Shown in pieces: positions 1-8,190 of a stretch of 51,099 nucleotides of DNA; positions within the stretch are counted from its first letter, which is position 1; each line of letters starts with the position of its first letter. The stretch lies in the sequence record NC_129764.1. One strand, written 5' to 3'. The stretch comes from a phage. Below the pieces are notes generated by a model. It had not been told where the DNA came from. It made no database searches and saw only the letters and a program-made list of their open reading frames with translations. The position numbers and the translations under genes were made by a program.

Positions 1-530
1 ATTGCATGGTGTGCAACAGTTGGTTGATTTGTTGCTGAGATTGCAATGATTGTGAGAGGGGGGATTTAGTGTTACCCGGTTCGCCTGGTGGTCATCTCCA
101 TTTTTAGCAAAACGTGCTATTCGTCTATGCGGTAGTTGTAATTGTCGTAATAGTTGTATACCATTAGGGGTGTTACAAAATGGCCCGAGAATCGATAGGC
201 CTATAGATAATAAAATATCTATATATAATAATAAGATAGATAATATATATTTATTTATTTATTATATTATATATTGGTATGTAATCGGCGTAATAGGTGC
301 AACCGCATTTTTTGAGGGTGGCATATATTTCGTGATGCATAGTATAAAAAACATACTATTCCGCGCGCATAAATAGATGTTCTTACTTTTATAGAAAAAG
401 TCGGTTGCATCGGTTGCACTGGTTACAAAAATAAAAAATGCAGCTATAGACATTGACGCGCCTGACGTTGTAGCTGTAACATGTTTTTCGAAGTTGAAAG
501 TTACACCCATAGACAACGAGGTATAGACAA
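1..530. promoter_or_regulatory. AT-rich non-coding control region with GTTACA/GTTGCA-type repeats and (TATAGATAATA)-like tracts
   Basis: No convincing ORF; AT tracts 200-290; repeated gttaca/gttgca/tgtaac words; shares GGTGTTACAAAAT (169-181) with the region at 30868-30881. Confidence 0.5.
103..121 (-). promoter_or_regulatory. dyad motif copy (rc reads AATAGCACGTTTTGCTAAA), minus orientation
   Basis: Direct sequence match to the recurrent motif; points toward window start. Confidence 0.5.
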
Positions 531-1106
531 GTGAAAACTCAGCTTAAAGAAGTGACAGAATTTGAACTCAACCTGCCGGACTATATTCGAAAGGCGATTG
601 AAATCCACCAATCAGGCGGTGAGTTCTCAATCACCGGAAAGCAAATGGTTGAAGTGTACGTCAATGAGCAGGCCGAGATTGTAAAGGCTACTCAGGGCGT
701 GGAACTTAACGATGACCAGATCGATGAGGCAGTCGTTAACGAGTACACATCTCGATCAGCCTGGTTGCTCGAGCGACTCACCGCGTCGTACGTGTCCAAT
801 ATCATCAAGCGCCACATGCTCAAGGCGCACAATAAGGCCGTATCTGTGCGAATCAACCGCGATCAGGTTGACGGGGTGACGATATTCATAACCGAACTCG
901 AAGGCGAGGAAGCAGAGAAGGCCATAGGCGAAGCTAAACAGGGCAAGAGAGGTCGCAAGCGAAAGAGCATAGCCGACACGTTCAATGCTAAGGTTGAGGC
1001 GTTCAGAATCGATTTGAGGGATTTTGAAGGTAGCAATATCTCGGTATCCGATCTCAATAAGCTGGTCGAGCAATTCCGCTCGCATTTACTGGATGAGGAG
1101 AAATAA
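531..1106 (+). CDS. hypothetical early protein (191 aa), GTG start
   Basis: Long ORF, GAGG 10 nt upstream, acidic with KRGRKRK basic patch. Confidence 0.55.
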   Translation: MKTQLKEVTEFELNLPDYIRKAIEIHQSGGEFSITGKQMVEVYVNEQAEIVKATQGVELNDDQIDEAVVNEYTSRSAWLLERLTASYVSNIIKRHMLKAHNKAVSVRINRDQVDGVTIFITELEGEEAEKAIGEAKQGKRGRKRKSIADTFNAKVEAFRIDLRDFEGSNISVSDLNKLVEQFRSHLLDEEK

Positions 1107-1108
1107 TC

Positions 1109-1348
1109 ATGAGCAAAATTAAGCATGACGACCTGAAAGGTGTATTAATGCAACTCAATCCAGGTCAAGCATTCCAACTTAACCCCGAGACGTTCGGATT
1201 CAATGGGAGCTATCGCACAACATTTGAGTTCATCCGGTATGTAAAGAGGGAGTTAGGAATTGATGTTATTCAAGCTGGGCTTATTAATGGCATTCAAACA
1301 TTCATATTTAAGCCAAGCGAGATTCGTTGCCTCACTCTGATGAAATAG
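1109..1348 (+). CDS. hypothetical protein (79 aa)
   Basis: ORF with RBS ggagaaataatcATG; stop TAG lies inside the dyad motif. Confidence 0.55.
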   Translation: MSKIKHDDLKGVLMQLNPGQAFQLNPETFGFNGSYRTTFEFIRYVKRELGIDVIQAGLINGIQTFIFKPSEIRCLTLMK

Positions 1349-1364
1349 CACTTTTTGTTAAAGC
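1344..1364 (+). promoter_or_regulatory. dyad motif copy AATAGCACTTTTTGTTAAAGC
   Basis: Sequence match; intergenic. Confidence 0.6.
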
Positions 1365-1420
1365 CCGGTCGAGCGGATCGGGTATTATCTTTTCATCGAC
1401 ACGATACAGAGGAAACGAAG

Positions 1421-1615
1421 ATGGAAACGCAAATTGATGCGGTTGTTGTTCAGCGCGACTCAACTCACGAAAAGGGTCTATTCAAGAAAGGAACCGAAAT
1501 CACGATCGACCTTGAGGATATGGTTGCATATCACTCGGGCCTTACCTGGAACGTGGTGCGCGTAGGCAGCGACTACAAACTCAAAGGCTTTAACACTTAC
1601 TTTGCGGAGGTTTAA
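1421..1615 (+). CDS. hypothetical protein (64 aa)
   Basis: ATG with RBS gaggaaacgaagATG; the track ORF at 1355 begins at TTG inside the motif. Confidence 0.5.
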   Translation: METQIDAVVVQRDSTHEKGLFKKGTEITIDLEDMVAYHSGLTWNVVRVGSDYKLKGFNTYFAEV

Positions 1616-1617
1616 TC

Positions 1618-2088
1618 ATGGCGACAATTACCGTATTCCTGGCTAAAGATGAGATTGACGATGAAATGTCATTCTTCGCATTCGAGCACAAAACCGGATC
1701 GCACTGGCACACTTACAGCCATTACACGGTTATCCCAATCGAAGCGTACGACGGCGAACTGCTCACTGATAAACTTAGTAATTTCATTGAAGATGTTAAT
1801 GCTAGCGGTGGCTGCGAGTGGAAAGAAGATCACGAAGTTATTCGAATGCTTGAGATGGTCAACCCGGTCCGTCTTGAGTCGTTCGAGCTTGATGCTGATG
1901 TGTCTATTAAGGTGAGAAAGTCTGGTGAGTTATTGCCAGGGATGCGCGTGCTGACTGGTTACTCGGGCCGTAAAGTGTGGCGCACTGTGTCGAAGGTTCG
2001 CCAGCGTTCAGAAACATGCTACAGCATATTCTTTGAGGATGGCTGGAATGTGATGGCTGGTAGCGAAGTAAAATATCTCACCAAATAG
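1618..2088 (+). CDS. hypothetical protein (156 aa)
   Basis: ORF; stop TAG is part of the motif at 2084. Confidence 0.6.
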   Translation: MATITVFLAKDEIDDEMSFFAFEHKTGSHWHTYSHYTVIPIEAYDGELLTDKLSNFIEDVNASGGCEWKEDHEVIRMLEMVNPVRLESFELDADVSIKVRKSGELLPGMRVLTGYSGRKVWRTVSKVRQRSETCYSIFFEDGWNVMAGSEVKYLTK

Positions 2089-2104
2089 CACGAATTGTTA
2101 AAAC
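2084..2104 (+). promoter_or_regulatory. dyad motif copy AATAGCACGAATTGTTAAAAC
   Basis: Sequence match; followed by hairpin ggggta-N12-tacccc containing TGATATAGT. Confidence 0.65.
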
Positions 2105-2166
2105 CGGATCGGGGTATCTTGATATAGTTACCCCATCGAAAAGAGATACCAATCAGAGGATTCACC

Positions 2167-2397
2167 ATGTCAATCGTCAAGAACCAACAAGCCATCGACT
2201 CAACCAATAACAACCGCTTTGCTATCTTCATCACGTCGATAGGTCGTCGCTTTGCAGTCAAGGCCGTGCCGGGCGGGTGCAAAACCTACATGGAGGATAA
2301 CGGGAAGTGGGTGTGGTGCGAAAACTTGGCAAACTTCCTGGTATGGAATGCAGACCTTCAGGGATTCGACGATATCAGCACTTTAATTGAGGAATAA
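2167..2397 (+). CDS. hypothetical protein (76 aa)
   Basis: ORF with RBS context accaatcagaggattcaccATG. Confidence 0.55.
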   Translation: MSIVKNQQAIDSTNNNRFAIFITSIGRRFAVKAVPGGCKTYMEDNGKWVWCENLANFLVWNADLQGFDDISTLIEE

Positions 2398-2403
2398 ATA
2401 ATT

Positions 2404-2631
2404 ATGCCACGTTACAATAAGCAGACTAAACTAACCCGCGTAAACGGGTGCACGATTCCGGCAGAATCCACTCACTACGCTATGGGCGCAAAGCACGGAG
2501 TCTATTTCAAGTGGCGCGGTCAATGGAACTTCACGGCGGTGAGTAATTTCTACATGCGCGTCCCAGGTGAAGACCCGCAATCGGTAGTCGAGAACTCAAT
2601 CGGAAACAACAAGATCGAGGTGCTAAAATGA
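2404..2631 (+). CDS. hypothetical protein (75 aa)
   Basis: ORF, RBS gaggaataaataattATG. Confidence 0.55.
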   Translation: MPRYNKQTKLTRVNGCTIPAESTHYAMGAKHGVYFKWRGQWNFTAVSNFYMRVPGEDPQSVVENSIGNNKIEVLK

Positions 2632-2738
2632 ACTTCAATACAATAGCGCTATGGTCTGCCGTCTGGTTCTTCTGCATGGGTCACACCATTGTTGGGATCG
2701 TAATAATGTTGTTACTTTGTGCAGGAGCGTTCGAATGA
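2628..2738 (+). CDS. small hydrophobic peptide (36 aa), putative membrane peptide
   Basis: ATGA overlap with upstream stop; hydrophobic translation MNFNTIALWSAVWFFCMGHTIVGIVIMLLLCAGAFE; below track size cutoff. Confidence 0.3.
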   Translation: MNFNTIALWSAVWFFCMGHTIVGIVIMLLLCAGAFE

Positions 2739-2908
2739 TGCGCATTCTGATTTGCATGATGGCGGCGGTCGCCCTGGCTATCCTGGTAGTGTCCGGCTGC
2801 GGCGAGGTCAAAGAGCGATGCCATGAAACTGGGAACCAGGTTACTACTTTCGTGATGGTTGGTAACGTATTGCTACCAATCACATCAAATGAAATCACTT
2901 GCGAATAG
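2735..2908 (+). CDS. small putative lipoprotein (57 aa)
   Basis: ATGA overlap start; N-terminal signal-like segment with lipobox-like VVSGC. Confidence 0.45.
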   Translation: MMRILICMMAAVALAILVVSGCGEVKERCHETGNQVTTFVMVGNVLLPITSNEITCE

Positions 2909-2917
2909 GATGTTAAA

Positions 2918-3109
2918 ATGGCTGATTTTATGCACCAAATGATTGCAGTATTCAAAGGCAGCGATGACCAGGAGGTGAAAGAGTGCTTTACTGTCGATAA
3001 GCCTTATAACGCATCGCTAACCAGCTTCGGGAATATCTCATTGCTTGATGATAATGGCGACCCCTGGATATTCGACGAAGATACTGATTGCTTCGAAATT
3101 AAAGAATAG
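2918..3109 (+). CDS. small acidic protein (63 aa)
   Basis: ORF, RBS ggatgttaaaATG; stop TAG in motif. Confidence 0.5.
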   Translation: MADFMHQMIAVFKGSDDQEVKECFTVDKPYNASLTSFGNISLLDDNGDPWIFDEDTDCFEIKE

Positions 3110-3125
3110 CACTTTTTGTTAAAAC
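3105..3125 (+). promoter_or_regulatory. dyad motif copy AATAGCACTTTTTGTTAAAAC
   Basis: Sequence match; downstream hairpin ggggtt-N-aacccc with TATAGT. Confidence 0.65.
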
Positions 3126-3180
3126 TAAATATAGGGGTTGCGCTATAGTAACCCCATCGACAACGAACGAGGACGATAGC

Positions 3181-3669
3181 ATGAAAATCAAATTACTTTG
3201 CACTGGCGGTTACAAGGGCTTTACCCGAGATCTGGAAGCAGACCCTATCGTGGTTGATGCGGTGAAGTGTGATTCCAGTACCGGAGGCTACCGCGTTAAG
3301 GTTGACGATCTGGTTAAAGCTGGCGTGTACGATCTGGACTATGGACTTTCGGTTAGCCCTGTATTTGGTCCGGCTGACTTTAACGAGAATGACGGAACGA
3401 TGTTCTTCTTCGAATGGGAAGTCCAAGCAAATCCTAAGCCGCGCAAGGTTCGACTTCTCAGTAATGGCGGCTACCCGCTGCGACAAGGCTATGAGAACCG
3501 CACATTCCCAGTTATCGTGGACTTTGAAGAAATTACTAGCAATCTGGCATACGTTAACGATGAGCAGTTGCGAGCCGTTGGATTTGTCGGCGGGATGAAT
3601 AAAGAGCCGCTATGCTTCTTCCATTGTAAAGCCGAGCCGTTCGATATTGAGTGCGAGTTAGTATACTAA
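3181..3669 (+). CDS. hypothetical protein (162 aa)
   Basis: ORF, RBS gaggacgatagcATG. Confidence 0.6.
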   Translation: MKIKLLCTGGYKGFTRDLEADPIVVDAVKCDSSTGGYRVKVDDLVKAGVYDLDYGLSVSPVFGPADFNENDGTMFFFEWEVQANPKPRKVRLLSNGGYPLRQGYENRTFPVIVDFEEITSNLAYVNDEQLRAVGFVGGMNKEPLCFFHCKAEPFDIECELVY

Positions 3670-3686
3670 GCACGAATTGTTAAAAT
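3666..3686 (+). promoter_or_regulatory. dyad motif variant CTAAGCACGAATTGTTAAAAT
   Basis: Sequence match; followed 22 nt later by TGGTATAAT. Confidence 0.6.
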
Positions 3687-3740
3687 GGGATTTGTCCTGA
3701 CTGGTATAATCCCCACATCAACCACTAATAGGAAAGCATC

Positions 3741-4226
3741 ATGTTAAAATTAAAAGATATTCAGTTCCCTGTAGTATTTACCACTATTAGCTGCGGTAAA
3801 ATAACCTGCCACAGCAAAGATCGCGCAACAGATTCATCATTCAATGAGTGCCACCCGTCTATTGTTGGTAATCTTATTGAGCTTCATAACAATCACAATC
3901 CTGATAACATCCCATCTCTTCCATATTATGTTGAGGGGGTCGGGCCTGGTTGGAAGGTTGGTCGCTCCATCTTCCATGCAGCAAAGCCAGAAATCAAGCC
4001 AGCGCTACAATGCACTCAGATCGAGAACATGCCATTGAGCGCGACACTAAAAGGTGTCCAACTTGATAGCGAATCTTGGATCGATATTACCGCCACGCCT
4101 AAAACTATTGAGGTACACGATGATGTGGTGATTCTCCTATTGCATTACGGCAGCTTTAAGCACAAAACGGTATCAGGTGAAATAAGCATTAAGCGCGGAA
4201 CGCTTGTACGCTATGAGGTGAAATAA
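3741..4226 (+). CDS. hypothetical protein (161 aa)
   Basis: ORF, RBS taggaaagcatcATG. Confidence 0.6.
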   Translation: MLKLKDIQFPVVFTTISCGKITCHSKDRATDSSFNECHPSIVGNLIELHNNHNPDNIPSLPYYVEGVGPGWKVGRSIFHAAKPEIKPALQCTQIENMPLSATLKGVQLDSESWIDITATPKTIEVHDDVVILLLHYGSFKHKTVSGEISIKRGTLVRYEVK

Positions 4227-4375
4227 TGACTGCATGGGTTTTGATTATCTTAATGAGTACCGGGCCAGATCACGTATACATGGAAAGCCAACAATCATGC
4301 AACAAGGCACGGGAAGTTATCGCAGAAAATAAGCCGTTCGGATATGAAGTAAAAACTATGTGTGTTAAACGATAG
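4226..4375 (+). CDS. small protein (49 aa)
   Basis: TAATG overlap with upstream stop; hydrophobic N-terminus; stop TAG in motif; below track cutoff. Confidence 0.3.
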   Translation: MTAWVLIILMSTGPDHVYMESQQSCNKAREVIAENKPFGYEVKTMCVKR

Positions 4376-4390
4376 CACGAATTGCTAAAC
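4372..4390 (+). promoter_or_regulatory. dyad motif copy ATAGCACGAATTGCTAAAC
   Basis: Sequence match; downstream hairpin aaggcca-tttgatatag-tggcctt. Confidence 0.65.
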
Positions 4391-4455
4391 CTTCCGCAAG
4401 GCCATTTGATATAGTGGCCTTATTGAAGCAGAGCAACCAATCAGAGGAATCGGCT

Positions 4456-4662
4456 ATGGCTACACGACTAACTCAGTGGCAGATTTACGACAAGGCCTCA
4501 CGCCTTCGTGAATCGCTTCGCGGACTGACGCCGAATGACCGAATGGAGATTATCGGGCACGCATTGCACGAACTAACATCTCAGGACGTAATCTATCATT
4601 CATGCGGCAATAAATTCTGGAACGTGACATTCGAGGTAAAGAAAGATGAGCAAGCGTCATAA
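4456..4662 (+). CDS. hypothetical protein (68 aa)
   Basis: ATG with RBS context aaccaatcagaggaatcggctATG. Confidence 0.5.
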   Translation: MATRLTQWQIYDKASRLRESLRGLTPNDRMEIIGHALHELTSQDVIYHSCGNKFWNVTFEVKKDEQAS

Positions 4663-4933
4663 GTTAAAAATCGCCCCGGTCCATTTCATCGGTGTAATGA
4701 ACGGAACTAAAACGGCTGAGTTCCGCATCAATGACCGCAACTTCCAGCTTGGCGATATCCTGGAGCTATGCGAGTTCGATCGTGGAGAGTTTACCGGATT
4801 GGAAGCGCACGCCAGGGTGTCAGATGTTACCGACGTGACGCCGTACATCAATCGCGGATATGATGAGCAAGAATGCGACTTCACGCAGTACGTCATGTTA
4901 TCAATCAAGGTGTACAGGCTGGTGAAGCCATAA
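4646..4933 (+). CDS. DUF3850/ASCH-like small protein (95 aa)
   Basis: Translation HKLKIAPVHFIGVMNGTKTAEFRINDRNFQLGDILEL resembles the DUF3850 (ASCH-like) signature from memory. Confidence 0.5.
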   Translation: MSKRHKLKIAPVHFIGVMNGTKTAEFRINDRNFQLGDILELCEFDRGEFTGLEAHARVSDVTDVTPYINRGYDEQECDFTQYVMLSIKVYRLVKP

Positions 4934-5023
4934 AAATATATCTTCCATCGAATCGTGGATGGTGTTAAATTTAACGACGTAATTGAAGCAATCAACCAAC
5001 TACATAATAAAGAGGTAAAAACT

Positions 5024-5398
5024 ATGAAATTCGAATGTATCAGTGATAACACAAAAAAATTTACCGTCGGCAAAATTTACGACGTTCCCTCTGAGCACGC
5101 TAAGCACACGGCTGTAATTACCGACGATACAGGCCGCAACCGCATTGCAACCGTAACGCACAACGGCGAGGGTCTTCGCTGGAACAGCGGCGGCACCAAG
5201 TTCGCAACGTTCGGCAAGAAGCGCAAGCGAGCTTTCCGCGTCAATGGCAAGATCAACACCAGCAAGATTAGCAACGTCAAGCCTATTAATGTTGACCGCA
5301 AGCCAGCACTGAAGTTTGAAGAGAAAGCGGATTTGTCTGGCCTAGCTATCGCTCTTGTTCTCCTGGTCGCTTCGATTTCGCTGATGTTCATCATGTAA
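5024..5398 (+). CDS. hypothetical protein with C-terminal transmembrane anchor (124 aa)
   Basis: ATG with RBS aagaggtaaaaactATG; C-terminal LSGLAIALVLLVASISLMFIM. Confidence 0.5.
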   Translation: MKFECISDNTKKFTVGKIYDVPSEHAKHTAVITDDTGRNRIATVTHNGEGLRWNSGGTKFATFGKKRKRAFRVNGKINTSKISNVKPINVDRKPALKFEEKADLSGLAIALVLLVASISLMFIM

Positions 5399-5405
5399 TT
5401 TTAAC

Positions 5406-5439
5406 GGGGAATCGGCTCTGAGCGGTTCCCCTTTCTTTT
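5406..5439 (+). terminator. putative intrinsic terminator or attenuator
   Basis: ggggaa-N14-ttcccc stem followed by tttcttttg. Confidence 0.35.
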
Positions 5440-5546
5440 GGAGAAAACACTATGCCAGACTTTTCCAACTGGAATAACGAGCCGCCATCATTTCAGGAGT
5501 TGCTATTCTGCCTCCTGGTCCTGACATTATCTCTTAAGGGTGTTTT

Positions 5547-5765
5547 ATGGCTACTATCATGACAGCAGAAGATGCAGCGCGTGACGCAGTGGAAGGAATG
5601 CGCCCAAATACCTCCAGAATCGCACACTACTACAAATCTGAGGTGTCGGCAGTGCAATTGGTCCACGAAATTTTAAGGCTCCCACAAGTCGATTCAGCGC
5701 GCGTGGTGACGTGCTTAAAAAATTATTTTTGCATCACTATTAAAACGAATAGCACGAATTGCTAA
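5547..5765 (+). CDS. hypothetical protein (72 aa)
   Basis: ORF; overlaps an alternative 36-aa ORF at 5452-5562. Confidence 0.35.
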   Translation: MATIMTAEDAARDAVEGMRPNTSRIAHYYKSEVSAVQLVHEILRLPQVDSARVVTCLKNYFCITIKTNSTNC

Positions 5766-5768
5766 AAC
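5748..5768 (+). promoter_or_regulatory. dyad motif copy AATAGCACGAATTGCTAAAAC
   Basis: Sequence match; hairpin ggggaatgcgctatgattcccc downstream. Confidence 0.65.
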
Positions 5769-5822
5769 CTATCAAGGGGAATGCGCTATGATTCCCCTAC
5801 ACCAAAAAACGAGGGAACACTC

Positions 5823-6269
5823 ATGAAACATTTGATTTGCATTGAAACGCCTAACGATGAATACACCCTGCACGGCATCGGAATGTTCAAAGGTCACTAC
5901 ATGACAGCAAGTATTTATGATGCGCGTCGCGGCGATGGCGATCTGATGATTACCTCAAAAGAGGTTAATCCGTACATCATGCAGAATCTTGGAAATAACG
6001 AATATATGGCCTACGGCTGCAACGCGGTGTATAAGCATATCAAGATCCGCAAGCGTGTCGTGCGAGCATTCAAGAAAATTGCAATGAAACACTGGAAGAT
6101 GAGCAAGAAAGATGCCGGACATTGGGCGCGTAACGTTGCAGATTCATACTTCTACCGTAACGGCGAGTCATGCTACTTCCTGATCGATGAAATGATGGAA
6201 AATTATAGCGGCACATTCTGCCAAAGTGATTTTGACGCCTGGGCTGACTACGAGGTCGATTGCTGGTAA
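5823..6269 (+). CDS. hypothetical protein (148 aa)
   Basis: ATG with RBS gagggaacactcATG. Confidence 0.55.
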   Translation: MKHLICIETPNDEYTLHGIGMFKGHYMTASIYDARRGDGDLMITSKEVNPYIMQNLGNNEYMAYGCNAVYKHIKIRKRVVRAFKKIAMKHWKMSKKDAGHWARNVADSYFYRNGESCYFLIDEMMENYSGTFCQSDFDAWADYEVDCW

Positions 6270-6288
6270 TAGCACGAATTGCTAAAAC
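6268..6288 (+). promoter_or_regulatory. dyad motif copy AATAGCACGAATTGCTAAAAC
   Basis: Sequence match; hairpin aagggca-tttgttagaa-tgccctt. Confidence 0.65.
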
Positions 6289-6352
6289 TTGCTCAAGGGC
6301 ATTTGTTAGAATGCCCTTCGTTGAGTTAAGCAACCAATCAGAGGAATAAATC

Positions 6353-6886
6353 ATGGATAAAATCACAATTTGGGGCCAGACAATCAACCTGTTTCTCGGC
6401 ACGCGCCGAGTGGCAATCTTTGACTTTGACGGGACACTTAGCGATGGATCTGGTCGACTTCACCTGCTGCCAACAAAGGATTTGCACTTGACTGAAAGCT
6501 GGTCCGAGTTTAACCGCGCGGCAATATTTGACAACCCAATCCAGAGCACGATCGATGTGATGAACTCTATGTTTGCCGCTGGGTATCATGTGATCATTTT
6601 AACCGGGAGAAGTGATGAGGTGCGTTACGCATCTGAGTTATGGCTTAAGCATCACGGCGCTCGATATGATTACTTAGTCATGCGACCGCATACCGACAAC
6701 CGAAAAGACACGGTAATGAAAGAAGAGGCAGTGCGCGCGATCGGCATTGAGAACATTCTGGCGGCATGGGATGACTCACCGCAAATTATTCCATTATTCC
6801 GGTCGCTTGGAATAACCACTTACGCTGTAGTTGACTATGGCGATAAAGTTCACGAACATTTAAAATCTCACGGGGTAGATGAATGA
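6353..6886 (+). CDS. HAD-superfamily phosphatase (177 aa)
   Basis: HAD motif I FDFDGTL, motif II-like ILTGR, C-terminal acidic DD motif. Confidence 0.65.
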   Translation: MDKITIWGQTINLFLGTRRVAIFDFDGTLSDGSGRLHLLPTKDLHLTESWSEFNRAAIFDNPIQSTIDVMNSMFAAGYHVIILTGRSDEVRYASELWLKHHGARYDYLVMRPHTDNRKDTVMKEEAVRAIGIENILAAWDDSPQIIPLFRSLGITTYAVVDYGDKVHEHLKSHGVDE

Positions 6887-6994
6887 ACCTGTACGAATTT
6901 ATTTCAGCACATCCGGTATTAACGGTTATCATCCTGTTAATCATCAATCACACTATCATCAATGTGGCAAAATTATTTTTAGGGAGATGCTAAC

Positions 6995-7567
6995 ATGAAA
7001 ACAGCTATCATTTTAAACGGCGCGCCGGGCGCAGGCAAAGACACTATCGGATGCATCCTGGCCGACACTTACGATCACGTAGCGCTACGCAGCTTCAAGG
7101 CGCCAATGTTTGAGATTGCCCGAGCAATATTGGGTGAGACTAATTTCGAATACTTCATGTTCTTGTATGAGGACCGTCGATATAAAGAAGAGCCAGCATC
7201 AATCCTGAACGGTAAAAGCCCGCGCCAGTTTATGATCTGGATTAGCGAGGAGGTCATCAAGCCGCAGTTCGGAAATCGCTTCTTCGGTATGCGAGCGGAA
7301 AGCAAGGTGAAAGAGTCTCACTCCCTTTCGGTATTTACTGACGGTGGATTCAAAGACGAGATCTTGCAGATGATTGAAGGTGATATCCAGGTAAAGCTAT
7401 GTCGAATCCATCGCAACGGTTGCAACTTTGACAACGACAGCCGCGACTATATCTATCTTGACGATATGATCGGGGTCAACGGTTATCAGGAATGTGACTT
7501 CTTTTCTGTCGAAGGCCATCCAGAAATTACCGCCCAGCACATAGCCGCCACGTTCATCAACAAATAG
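6995..7567 (+). CDS. P-loop kinase (190 aa), possibly polynucleotide or nucleotide kinase
   Basis: Walker A GAPGAGKDT at N-terminus. Confidence 0.6.
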   Translation: MKTAIILNGAPGAGKDTIGCILADTYDHVALRSFKAPMFEIARAILGETNFEYFMFLYEDRRYKEEPASILNGKSPRQFMIWISEEVIKPQFGNRFFGMRAESKVKESHSLSVFTDGGFKDEILQMIEGDIQVKLCRIHRNGCNFDNDSRDYIYLDDMIGVNGYQECDFFSVEGHPEITAQHIAATFINK

Positions 7568-7583
7568 CACGAATTGCTAAAAC
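7563..7583 (+). promoter_or_regulatory. dyad motif copy AATAGCACGAATTGCTAAAAC
   Basis: Sequence match; stop TAG embedded. Confidence 0.65.
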
Positions 7584-7639
7584 GTCGGTGGGGTGATTTG
7601 ATATAGTTACCTCATCGACAACGAAGAGAGAAAATCGAA

Positions 7640-7849
7640 ATGATGGTATCAACTGATAAGTTTTTCACTTGCACTAAAACTTCTGAAGTATTCGAACTGG
7701 TTCATACTGATAATGGTGACTTCATGCATGACGGTTGCGATGTTTTCATTGAAGTGAAAGAAAGCGACTATGACGATGGGGTTTATTATAACCCGGCAGT
7801 GAACACTCAGTTTTTTACCCCGATCGAAGATGAGGGAGAAGAAGCATGA
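7640..7849 (+). CDS. hypothetical acidic protein (69 aa)
   Basis: ORF downstream of motif and leader catcgacaacgaagagag. Confidence 0.5.
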   Translation: MMVSTDKFFTCTKTSEVFELVHTDNGDFMHDGCDVFIEVKESDYDDGVYYNPAVNTQFFTPIEDEGEEA

Positions 7850-8190
7850 TCACGATTAACCTGTCAGATAAACAAGCGCGTGAAATCCTCGACACTATCG
7901 GCGAACAGCTTCACGTAAAAGGCGCTACCGCTGAGATTCTTAACCAGATCGAAAGACAACTTACCCCAGCATCAACCAACCAAGCGGAGTTTGCAGCCTG
8001 GAAAAGTGAGCGAATCCTGCCAAATATCATCAAGGCATGGAAGCGCAAGCATAAAAAAGAAATCAATGTTGAGGATTTATTTTCCGATGAATTAAGTCCT
8101 TCAAAGGTTGCTCAATACCAGTTGCGATACATGGAATCAGTTTGCAAACAGGTTTTAGGTGTTAACGTTTCATTTGGGAGAGGTAAATAA
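7846..8190 (+). CDS. hypothetical protein (114 aa)
   Basis: ATGA overlap with upstream gene. Confidence 0.55.
   Translation: MITINLSDKQAREILDTIGEQLHVKGATAEILNQIERQLTPASTNQAEFAAWKSERILPNIIKAWKRKHKKEINVEDLFSDELSPSKVAQYQLRYMESVCKQVLGVNVSFGRGK

Noticed and set aside
1355-1420. TTG start at 1355 for the ORF ending at 1615
   Set aside because: This start lies inside the dyad motif and has no RBS; the in-frame ATG at 1421 has a good RBS (gaggaaacgaag).
2084-2130. Reading the motif's TTGYTA as a standard sigma70 -35 hexamer
   Set aside because: The distance to the downstream TATAGT-like hexamer is consistently 22 bp, not 16-18 bp, so it cannot be a canonical -35/-10 pair; extended -10 plus upstream factor site fits better.
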